Of a stretch of DNA of 64,000 nucleotides, positions 53,086 to 64,000 are shown in pieces. The notes beneath the pieces were generated by a model. The model had not been told where the DNA came from. It was given only the letters and a program-made list of their open reading frames with translations, and did not search any database. The stretch covers positions 1-64,000 of the forward strand of contig JAQGDQ010000915.1 of NCBI GenBank assembly GCA_030141605.1. Reading direction: 5' to 3'. The first letter of the stretch is position 1. Each line of letters begins with the position of its first letter. The position numbers were made by a program, and so were the translations under genes. Source of the stretch: Tubiluchus corallicola (taxonomy: Eukaryota; Animalia; Priapulida).

Positions 53086-53720
53086 ATAATCCTGTTGGGT
53101 CAGAAAAAGCAAAATGTAGCAACATGGCAAATCTTTTTGCAACACACACGCAAGTTTTGCGCATTTCCAACGACAGATCCTAGTTAACTGAAAGCGAATC
53201 TTTCTGAAAAATAACGATCAGATTCTTGGCTTGTAATTTTGTAAAGTAATTAGCCCTATTAAAGCAAGTGAGGACACGAACAATGTAATTTCTCTCCTAA
53301 TAGGTCGGTAAAACCAGAAAAGATGTGATGACAAATTCGGTTAAAGCGACTTAATTTAGACACAGTCTTTGTTGAGAAATTCCGAAGCCAGTCTTTTTGG
53401 CTAATTAAAACTTAACCTGCCATAGAAGAACATAATTGTAGGACTCACGCTCAAATAACTGAACAGTGTACAGTAACAATGAGTGTTTTTTAAAGTAAGA
53501 CGGTATTATATAAGGGAAACGGAATGCCTGAGTGAAGCAACCCTGTGATTCGTTAGTAATAGGTGTAGGTGAGGGACCACTAGGAAAGTCCTTTCGGGTA
53601 GTTTTATCTGGCGTAGGGTATATGCATATCCAAATGTACCGATTTACTACCTCATTTAGATTCCGGTCCTGCCTAGTTACCAACTTACCAGTTTACAGTG
53701 TGTCACAGATTAAAGGAAAG

Positions 53721-53906
53721 ACCGGGCCTTCTGGGAAGTTAGGAAAAGGGTCAAAATGATTTAGTAATAAAAGTGTGGTAAACCTGGACCTTCTGCGAAA
53801 GTTAGGAAAAGGGTTAAAATGATTTAGTAATAAAAGTGTGGTAAGACCGGGCCTTCTGTGAAAGTTAGGAAAAGGGTTAAAATGATTCAGTAATAAAAGT
53901 GTGGTA
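53721..53906. repeat. 61-64-bp tandem repeat, 3 copies
   Basis: ACCGGGCCTTCTG...GTTAGGAAAAGGGTTAAAATGATTTAGTAATAAAAGTGTGGTAA. Confidence 0.92.
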
Positions 53907-54695
53907 GGCGCCTCGTGTAATTGGTAAAATCACTTTAAATTCGCACTCATTTCAAGCTTGAGCACTCCCATTTTAAACGCCCACTCTTCCACCAGTGACG
54001 TAGCTCATCGGCAGAAGAAAACCAGTACACTGTCGATTTCCGTCAAAAGCGTGTTAAGTTTCTACAAAAAAATATATAGGTAATTTTGTGAAATTTTTGC
54101 ACGAACATTAGCTAAATTGCGGAAGTCTGAATCAGTTTAAGCAGCGCGCGCTTACGGAAAGCCACGATGCGTTTACGAACAGTCACGAAGTCCACCACTT
54201 ACGTCACAATTTTAAGTGACGGTTACTGCCGCGCCTGAAAATTTATAATCTGCGGTAGTACCAATTAACTTTGTAATTTATAGGCAATCTTTTGCAAATT
54301 TGTTTGTTATATTTTTCTAAATTTAGGTGATAACAGTAAAATGTGCTTGATGCGCAAGAGAAGATGTCTGCCATTGCACAAACTGTGGTTAATTTCTGAC
54401 GTAAGCAATAGCTGTGTTCTGTTGCCGTTAATTAACTTTCTAAGCTAATTATTCAAATATAAGAAACAAATGTTAACTTTTATAGGCAAGAAAATGTATA
54501 TTTTGGACAGTAAATTAAAATGAGATTGAGTCTAAACAATCGTCCGGTTTTCTTTTAAGAATTCCAATAAGTTTAACTTCCAAGTTTTCTAGCGAGATTA
54601 AATCAATTCAAATGAATGGTAGGTGGTACTTTCAGCAAACAAAGACAACCCAGAAGACCAATAGCTTCCTTTACATCAATGAATCACTTACATCC

Positions 54696-55063
54696 AGGAC
54701 TGGATTATCCTATAGGCTAGTCTAGGCTGCAACATAGGACCTGTCAAGCTTGGAGGCTCTCAGACTTTGGTAACGTTTGGTAAAAAACTGTGTTGAAATA
54801 TGTGTTAATAAGGTTTTGCTATAAATAGTAAAATAGTGATATTTCTCAAAGAATAAATTTATTGACAAACAAAATATACTCTAGGTTACCTACGGAATTT
54901 GCAATAAAATTTATTTCAAGCTATGTAAATATCACTAAACTATGTCACGAGTAAAAATATTCAAGACGGGCGCGGGCGCGGGCGAGTTAGAGGGTTGCTC
55001 CTTCTCTGGGGGCCCCATAATTTCGTTAACCTAGAGGCCCCAAAAGGTCATAATCCGGCCCTG
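54696..55063. mobile_element. hAT-type MITE (CAGGGCCGGATTA family)
   Basis: CAGGACTGGATTA ... TAATCCGGCCCTG termini; imperfect 8-bp TSD; homologous ends at 31652-31968. Confidence 0.7.
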
Positions 55064-55557
55064 GTTCCATCAATATCTTATTGTTTGTTTATTTTGCTTT
55101 GATTGCCGTTATCATTGCCTTTTCCGTTAGTTCTTTTTCTGTTTCCTTTTTCAACCTATGCTGCTTTGTTTCGATCACTATGTGACATAATCGTGCAGAG
55201 AATTACACGTAGAATCTTGTACAACTTATTACCGCCATTAATTTCACTCAGACTCAATTAGCTCTGTCGTCAGACACGTTTTGCCTTAATAATTTCGAAT
55301 TAAATTTTCACCTGTGCGGCAGTTTCTCTCCATTACTGCCCAGGTAATTACGTCAGATTTCCAACGCGCTTTGAATATCGCGGAAGATGTGAACATGAAT
55401 ATTAAGAGTTAGACTAGAGCGTTGAAAGCGACGCAAATTGGTTAAACTTTCTTAGCATGAATTATAATTGACTCACTTAAAAAAAACGTAGTAGTGTCAA
55501 GATTGTATGATTAGTTTAATTTAACCACCATTCTGTCTGTAAGCTTCTTCTTCTTAA

Positions 55558-56346
55558 AGCACAAGAAAACATTGTTCATAAATAAAACTTAAAAATTCGT
55601 CTTGAAATTTAGAATCACTTACATGCTGTGTCTTACTGCACACAGAATTTGCGTAGGCAGTAACGCTGTATAAAACTTGTAAATTTAAAGTGCCACGATG
55701 ATCGTTAGGCGCAGCCATTTTAACAATAAGTCGTTTGAAACAAGTTTAGATAACATTACGTAAAGTTTAAAAAAAACTCAGAGCATTCGTAGTATACCCT
55801 TCTCTAGTTAAGCAAGTTGTGATTATTTATATAGTTTGTAGGTGAATGTTGTATTTTGTGTAATTATTTTTCATATATTATATGTACAAACAACATCTGA
55901 GTATTGTGTGTCAAATTGTTCTTACCATTGTCTACAATTATTCATAATGTCTTTTTTGTGTGACTTTGTTTTTGGATCTAGTTGTACTTTTGTTACCTGT
56001 GTCATACTGTATAATTGTATTTCCTTTGGATGTATTAGATTGAAATGATTCATTGTATACCTGCAAAAAGAGGTTAATAAAAGAGTTATAATAATAATAA
56101 TAATAATAGCTAAGCAACTATTTTATATTGTCAGTAAGATTATAATTTGTTTTCTGGTGAATCAGAGGTGCACACTGGGATGGCGATGCAGTGTTGTCTC
56201 ACTAGATGGAGCGAACATTGAAAATTACAAGAATTTTCTCGTCCAGTTACATAAGTCCTTCAAACAGGTAAGAGTAATGCTAGACAATACAACTTTCTTA
56301 TGGAAAGTGCTTTGGGATACACCCTGAGATTCCCTTTTCTTCCCTT
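55558..56346. mobile_element. Family A copy, inverted, with an internal AT-rich insertion
   Basis: Reverse-complement similarity to 14113-14574 split by about 55820-56105; TTAA flanks. Confidence 0.6.
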
Positions 56347-56349
56347 TTA

Positions 56350-57030
56350 ACCGCAATATCGCTTTCTCCAAACTGGCGCCCTTTAGTTTGTCTTTCAGTG
56401 GTCCGAGGACGTTTGGTTTGCTTTGCGATTTTACCTTCCTACTTTCCTTTCGCTCGCCTTTACTTTCACTTTCCAAGGCGCCTAAAGGGCACTCACGTTG
56501 TGAGGGCGGATCCCCTAATCCTCCCACTCTTCAGTTGTTCAAATTTAATGTCGACAACAATAGATTCATTGTAAGTCCCTCAACACACGTCTTGTGGCTG
56601 AATCGCGCGACTGATCTCTCGGCAAACTTGTACACGTTACCTCTTTGGCACCGCTCTACTTATTCCTCGTTAAACAGATCCCTCTTCCCATTGGCCCTCA
56701 ATTAATCACAGTTCCAACAAGCCGGCAACCCTAATCAAAACAACACGTAACACCACCTTACACCTGCAATGCAATTATTGCAATGAAAAGAATGAGGGAA
56801 GAATTACCAGGGGACTGAGGTACGACCGTTGAGAAGAGCAATAACAAGCAGAGGGGACGATCAGCCACCGGATCGACCGACAAAACTTCGTGATGCTTCA
56901 GCGAAGGGCATCCTCGGGATCTTAAGGCTCGCCTTCCACATGAAGTTCAGATCTCAACTGATAGGATAGATTTCAACAGGCGATAGACGAGGCCACTATC
57001 TTCACTCAGAAAACGAAGTCTCTGCCTCTT
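56350..57030 (-). mobile_element. Possible decayed LINE 5' region/ORF1
   Basis: Elevated GC; FSHKTCVEGLT resembles a PHD-finger end, followed by a charged Lys/Glu-rich frame. Confidence 0.3.
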
Positions 57031-58912
57031 AAAGCTTTGGAATCCAAGTACTTCTCTATATGTTTTTACAAATTAACTCTTTTTGCTAAAAGAGCTAGTT
57101 TTTATTGGTATGCACGCAGACTGATGAAATGAGATTGCAATGTCTTCATGGTGAAGGTGCGTGGCACAGTGGATAAGTTAATCAATTTTCCTGAATCGTT
57201 TTAGCAACTGGCAAGCTCGCTGTTTGCTTTTGGCCCATTTCAAAGCTTTCTAGGCCAAGGAACTAGGAATACCACATCTTTAGACAGCTTAGTTTAACGA
57301 AGATATTTCTAATAGCCTGGATTATAAATTTCACAAATTAAAATCTTGGAAACTAATGCCATATTTCTATTTTAAAAGAGTGATTTTTCAAACTGTGTAT
57401 CCTAATTGTAACCAACATGGTAAATTTAGAAACCTTTTTATCCTCTTTGTACAATTTTTAAAGAAACGGCTTATGTTCTTAACACATGTGCATTGCAGTT
57501 TGTGGGTGACAGTAAATTAATAACGTACAGTGCAGTAAACCCGTGTGGTATGCAGTTTGTATATTACAGAGAACTCATATGCACTGCTATTTGTGCATTG
57601 CACTGAACGCGTATGCAATGCAGATACGGAAACGGCAGACCAGAAAAACGTTGTACATTCTTTACACGAATGTATATTCACACACATGCATAAACGAAAC
57701 GCCTGCTGCATATGTTTTCAGCAAAGCAAATACCACTATAACATTCCACTGCAAATACAATTTACATGGTTACATTTACAAGTTAACATGGTTTGTTGAT
57801 AAGCTCACTGTTAAAGAAACGACAAAACACCTAAACTAATCAAAGCGATCGTAACATTCTGCAATGATATGTGCGTGTGCGCGCTCATGCGTGCGTGCGT
57901 GCGTGTGTGTGTGTGTGCGTTCGCGTGTGTGTGTCTGTGTGCATAAGAATTTTATTGATTTTTTTGCTTCCCATTTTTAACAACCTGCACTTGCCTTTAG
58001 TTCATATAAGGCGAGCTTTAAACAATCTCAAGATTAGGCAATCATTTCTACAGAGAGGCTGTAAAACATGATATATAGTTTTATCTTCCATACTGCTTGC
58101 TTTAAAAGCATTTGAAAAGTGAATTCTGAGCTGTCCAGAACTTTTAAAAATTTAGAAAATCGTATTTAGCGTTAAGATCCTGTCTGAAATATATGGCTGC
58201 ATTTTAGTCCAATCCTATCTTTTTTTCTTCGTTTGGGTGGGATTTACTTTGTCGAATAAAATTCGCCTCTAGTTTCACAGTTTCATACAATAAGACTTGC
58301 TGATATTGGTTCAAAGCCGTCTAGAAAGATTTCCTCTTTGCTTTTCCGTTTCGATATTGCTGAAATGGCATAATAATTTCTGGTGCTTATTTTTGCTTAG
58401 CAGTAATCTGACAAAAAGAAAAATCAAAATTTCCTGCGATTCTAAAAACATCGAAACACAATCCGGAAATACCTGAACAAAACTATCTAATATCCGTACA
58501 GAAAAGCTGTCAAATCTTTACATGTAAACATTCGATTATTTATAAATCTGTTTATAATAAAATCCGAGATTTTAGCAACACAAAGGTGTGAATGCATTTC
58601 TCAGCGTGGAATGATAATGAAAAGTTCCATTAAGCATTGAAAACAGCAGCCCATTTCAAAGGTAAAAACTTCGCCATACCAATTGTGTAGACTTCTTTTT
58701 TTTTGAATTTGGACATCGGCAGTTATCACAGCTATCAGCAGGATACAACAAGACTGAAGGTAAACCAAATGCGGAAACCATTGACACAGAAAGCAGCACT
58801 GTGGCTTGTGACCACAGTGCTCGCTGCAGCATGCTATAATATTGCAGCTGCTATTACGTTGTAGCTGCTGTACTAAAATCAAAACTTTCGATGTTTAATA
58901 TTTAAACTGCAA

Positions 58913-59041
<129 letters not shown>

Positions 59042-59199
59042 TTTTAGTACTTAAAACAATCAGTCTGCTTGAATTTGAGCTATATTCCTTCCACGTCTGT
59101 ATGCATTCGTAGATTTAATTTTCACGCATGCGTAGAGAGAGCTACATTATTTCCATGAATTTTCTTACCCTGCAGACTTCTGCATTGCTTTAATTGTTA

Positions 59200-59550
59200 T
59201 TCCAAATATGCTATAACAAAATTTACAAAACCGAGAATCAGCTCTCATACTTTGTGTATTGAAAGAAGGAGGTACGTTAAACCTAGAAAAATCCCAGCTG
59301 AGAATCGTATATTGATGCTCATACTGTTTAAGAAATGAAATGGAAGACGAATTACACTTTGCTATAAAATGCCCACATTACAATGATTTTAGAGAAAAAT
59401 TATATAATCGCATCAATGTAATTATATTGTAATTTTTCCTCATGAGCGATGATGATAAATTTTTATTCTTAATGGGAATTAATGATTTAGAATTAAGGCA
59501 TTTATTGATTAAGTTAAAAATCGTTTTTAAGACATGATGAACAATATACT
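59200..59550 (+). mobile_element. Decayed LINE C-terminal Cys/His region
   Basis: RISSHTLCIERRRY..P...ENRI..CSYC...EDELHFAIKCPHYNDFREKL. Confidence 0.65.
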
Positions 59551-59940
59551 ATGTAATGATCATATCATTGGTAATGAGGCCTAATGAATGACAATTTATT
59601 TTAAATACTAAACACTTCATCTAAATAACTAATATAACCACCAGGAAGATTTAATAATATTTGTTTTATTAGTAATTGTTTCGTTTGTATATAGTTTCAT
59701 TATATTTCAAAACTGAAATTGTATGTATGCCTTGTCTTTTCCTTGTATATTTCAAAATCGAAATTAATTATGCTACCTCTATTGCGTTTTCCTCAGTATT
59801 AAAAATGTTTCAATGGCAGTATTAGTTTATATTTTAGTCCTGCTGCACTGCGATGATGGATGTAATGATTGAAGATAACCTCAATAAAGTGGAATTTACA
59901 CAACTGACAAAAATGGTCATTTTGTCTTCAATTCACTTAA

Positions 59941-60439
59941 AGCCCAAGAAAACCCTCCATACACATAAAGCTTAAAAAATCGTCTTGAAATTTTATCACT
60001 TACCTAACTTTTTATAAACCATGGCTTCAATTGGCAGTTACGCTGTATAAAACATGTAAATTTAAACTCCAGCGATGACCGTTAGACGCAGCCATTTTAA
60101 TGGTAGGTCGTTTTAACCAAGTTTAAATAATACTGAGTAAAATTTGAAAAAATAATCAGAGCATTGGTAGTGTAAATGTTGCTAATTAAGCAAAATTTTA
60201 AATTACTGTTTCTTACTGTACTGTGTCAATAAGATTAAAAAACGTTTTGGTTAGTGAGTGGTGCAACCTGGATGGTGAGTCAGCGACATTTTGCCAATTG
60301 GTGAAAATATTTTAAATAATTAATGATTTTCTTTTTTAGTTACATAAATCTTTCCAACAGGTAAGCGAAAAGCTAAGTAATACAGATTTGCATGGAAAGT
60401 TTTTTGGGACATAATTTAACATTGCCTTTTCTTCCCCTG
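59941..60439. mobile_element. Family A copy, inverted
   Basis: TTAA-AGCCCAAGAAAA start; similarity to 55558-56346. Confidence 0.6.
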
Positions 60440-61415
60440 ATTTACGTTTGCGTGGTGACGTCATGTAATGGCGACTTCGGAACAGTACTGCGGGAGATTT
60501 GAAATGAAAACAAACAAAAATTCCTTTCAGTACGAGTACGATATACGCATAAAATTGCTGTAAAGTAATATAATTTTTTAAGACGATTTTTCTGAAACCT
60601 ACTTCAGGGATCCCATTTTCTTGTCCTCTAAGAATTTTACATGCTTACAAACGCGACAAGATTCAGGCATACAAGATGATTTTAAAACAAAAATCCGAAT
60701 CGCATTACAAGATTTATCAGCTGTAATCACGGCGGCACCAAAGAAAACAATCGAAAAGCAATAACAGAAATTTACTAGACTCAAGAATTTCTGTCGCGAG
60801 GGTTGAAATTCGTTTGAAGAATTTTACAATGACAGAAATCGAAAAGCTTCACACTCAGCGAGATAATCATCGTCTTATTGCCGCTGGGTTCTGTTAAATG
60901 AAACCATTTTATTTGTCAGTTTAAGCACTCGTGACTGCCGGCTACAGTTCATTTGAAGATAATAGCAAATCACGGCGCGAAGTTTCACGCAATAACGAAT
61001 TTCTTTCTCAGAGAAAACCGGCGAAGTCTAAGGCTCTCAGAATTTCTTTTCTTAAGACTAATTTGGTGATATCTTGCCATTGTTACGCCGCATTATCACT
61101 AAGTCTCGCAGTTTCTCACCGCTAAAGAGAAATCACACAAATACATGTCTATTAGTACAGCAGGGTGGTCTAGACCACATTGCGATGTTCTGCTTTTTCT
61201 AGGCGTTACTGGTCTATTCCACCCACCATGCAAGCTCAATGGCTAAATTATAAACAGAAAGTCTCATTCTGACTTGAACATAAAAGTAAGACAGTTACAA
61301 GAGTCGAAATCTTATAAAGTACTTATAGGGAACTTTTGCTGCTGACCCTGATATAAGAACTAGATAAAACGCAGGTCAACTTCCAACAAGCATAGTTCGC
61401 TATGAGTAGTACAGT

Positions 61416-61850
61416 TGTTGGCATCCTTCTGTCTCGGAAGACAATGGGGTGTGCGCTAAGAGAGTCAGCTATTGATCACATTGATGGAGCTGCAGCGTCG
61501 ACTGTGGCTGAGCAGTGCGATCCTTGAACGTCTCCAGGGTGCACGCCTGGGCAGAGCAGCCAGAGTCAGTGAGCATGCTGCACTGGTCCGCCTTCGGGGC
61601 TCCACTCCTGATTTGCAAGGTTTACTCCTCTACACATGGGTGTTGGGTCACTTGACCTCCTCCGCCCTCTAGCCGTTGGCTGCCTGTGCAGCTCCTCCGC
61701 CTAGTGTCGAGATTGCAGTGTGGGCATCCCGCAAGCCTACAGCACCTGGTATTCCTAGGCGGTCACCCATCCAAGTACTAACCAGGCTCTACGTTGCTTA
61801 ACTTCAGTGATCAGACAAGAACCGGTGTTGTCAACGTGATATGGCCGTAG
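61416..61850 (-). mobile_element. Complete 5S rRNA-derived SINE (SINE3) with RTE-like 3' tail
   Basis: 5S-like head 61733-61850, GC-rich body, tail ...TCTTCCGAGACAGAAGGATGCCAACAA; direct repeat GTAGTACAGT at 61406-61415 and 61847-61856 (TSD overlapping the head by 4 nt). Confidence 0.8.
61733..61850 (-). pseudogene. Near full-length 5S rRNA-like sequence (SINE head, not a true 5S gene)
   Basis: Reverse complement reads CTACGGCCATATCACGTTG...GAAGTTAAGCAACG...TTAGTACTTGGATGGGTGACCGCCTAGGAATACCAGGTGCTGTAGGCTT; no oligo-T terminator follows. Confidence 0.85.
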
Positions 61851-63095
61851 TACAGTACAACAGTTAGTATTGTACAAAACTTATCACCTATGTGGCCCTT
61901 ACCCTCTATGTCCCAGGCCCACTCTGACCCACTAGCATTATCCTCGCGTATCCTTACAGAAGTTCGTCTCATAATTACTTCGCGTTAGACAGCCTTAAAA
62001 ACATAAACTTAAACTTAACTTGACTTGTGGTGTGTAAGAACTTCAACACACCTGGTATTAATTCTCCCTTTAAATAAATATTACATCGTTTGTCTTCTTG
62101 CTCGTCTCTCTTTCATAATTTTTTCATCTCATTCCCTCCTTTTTAGGCTTGTTATAACATAGAAATAGCTTAAACTTCCCTCTAATCTTACTGTACTTAT
62201 TTGCTTCTGAACGACTTTTTACATTAATAGTGTTCTAGTTTTCTGTATTTAAGCTGTGTAAGTAAGGTCTACCTTGAACATTTAGACCTGTAGGTAAGCC
62301 AGGCTAATTGTTCTGCTGTGTGTTAGATAGTTGCATAATATAATTGCTCCTGACTTGTTAATAATTACGTTATTTGATTCTGTGATTGTACAGACATAAT
62401 GTGTCTTTTCTTAGGTGAAAGTTTTATGGTTCGTGCCTATGGCATGTTTTTGGTGTGGATTTGAACTGTTTCTTATTTGCATCCTTGTCAGTCAATTATA
62501 CGTTTGATATTTTGTGACATTTTGAAGTCATGATAAATATTGCTTCTATTTCAGTGATTGTTTCTGCCAGCGTAAAAATACTTGTTTGAAGTATGTCTAT
62601 GTGAAATACTCTTTTTTCTAGCAACTGTGATAGAATTCCCTTTGCTTCCCATTTAAATTGACAATAATACAAGGAGTAATTCTATTCAATTTAGAACTAG
62701 TATTCTAGCATAAACTTATGTATACTATTCTTGCTACTCAGCACGTCGATAAGTAAATTATACTTTTACGATATTCAAGATAAGAAAACAAGTCCACTTC
62801 GTTTTTTTTTCAAATTAGCTGATGCGCCATCTGTAGTCAAACTCGTAAACTAACAGGAAGCATGTATGATTAAACTTTCAGCTATCAAGGAAACGTCTGT
62901 AATATTTCATTATGTGGTTTCTTTTGTACAAGAATGAATGATTAAGTCACGTGTATATGAATAACATCACGTTCAACCTGCTTAAGGCAACCATTGTGCG
63001 TGTACTTACTGGCATATAGCACAATTCATTACCCAACAGCAATCAAGATGCTAATTAAAACTGCTAATTTCCTGTCTCTGACTAACCAACGTTTA

Positions 63096-63153
63096 ATCAT
63101 CTACGTCCGGTAGCATCATGTCTTGCAGAACAATAAACATACATGGTATATTG

Positions 63154-63189
<36 letters not shown>

Positions 63190-63349
63190 TAGATAGATAG
63201 ATATATAGATATATATATAGATATATATATATATATAGATATAGATAGATATAGATATATATATAGATAGATATAGATATATATATTATATCAATATACC
63301 ATGTATGTTTATTGTTCTGCAAGACATGATGCTACCGGACGTAGATGAT
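63096..63349. repeat. Inverted repeat with arms of about 70 bp enclosing a (TA)/(GATA) microsatellite
   Basis: ATCATCTACGTCCGGTAGCATCATGTCTTGCAGAAC... is reverse-complemented ending at 63349; more (GATA)n follows to about 63445. Confidence 0.95.
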
Positions 63350-63381
63350 ATATAGATATAGATATATATATAGATATAGAT

Positions 63382-63440
<59 letters not shown>

Positions 63441-64000
63441 TAGATAATATATAATATCTGTCATTGCATAAATACTGCACATCCCCACAGTAGTGGGGAA
63501 AGAGAATACCCGAGTTGTTGCTACGTGGCAATAGAGAAACGCCGAGTCTGGGCGGTAATTAGATGACTGACCGTGCGGTTTCACTCGCCATATTATCTCC
63601 AGCTCTTATCTCGATAAGGACGATGTGTACAATTTCGGACGCGGTTAAAACACCTCTGCTGGTTCGGTGGCTCATCTTAGACAGCTATCCTTGATAATGA
63701 GCCATAATTTGAGTTTTGAAACCCATTGAGTTTTCGACCACAGGCTGCAGAATACCAAAATCTTTAAAAAATAATTGTGCTTTTTAAGTGAAAGCAAAAC
63801 TTTAATTTATTACTTGAAAAAATACAGTGCTGCAGGGTAACGTACTTATCTAAAACTTATTAAGGTATCCAAAAATTTCCATTTACTAATACGTTGACAT
63901 TTTCTGATCGGAAAACGTACTTTTCTGTGCGTGGTTTTACAGTAAAGAAGCTACTAACGAAACCAGACACGTATGTAATGATATTACTGCTACTTCCTTC

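Noticed and set aside
58601-58882. Third Cys-rich paralogue
   Set aside because: No ATG or signal peptide, and Cys spacing does not match the pair.
61733-61850. Functional 5S rRNA gene
   Set aside because: Single diverged copy, no oligo-T terminator, fused to a SINE body and bounded by a TSD.

Overview
AT-rich, repeat-dense eukaryotic DNA, most consistent with an invertebrate animal genome (GT-AG splice signals, metazoan-type 5S sequence, LINE/SINE/MITE remnants, long microsatellites). Most ORFs in the track are spurious. Two convincing protein-coding genes stand out: a tail-to-tail pair of divergent paralogues (16012-16401 + and 20456-20845 -). Each encodes a 129-aa protein with a signal peptide, a Cys directly after the predicted cleavage site, a C-x13-CxxC-x14/16-CC-x8-C domain reminiscent of but distinct from CHH/ITP neurohormones, and a GPI-like hydrophobic tail. 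Nearby are a tandem repeat carrying three RFX X-box palindromes and an HDV-like self-cleaving ribozyme fold (24678-24856, +) inside a GC-rich retroelement-like island. Also present: a complete 5S-derived SINE with target-site duplication, an older tRNA/5S-hybrid SINE family, a degenerate minimal hammerhead, Tc1-, piggyBac-, hAT-, Mutator- and Kolobok-type MITEs, decayed LINE fragments and an orphan LDLa exon fragment. All calls were made by eye without database searches.
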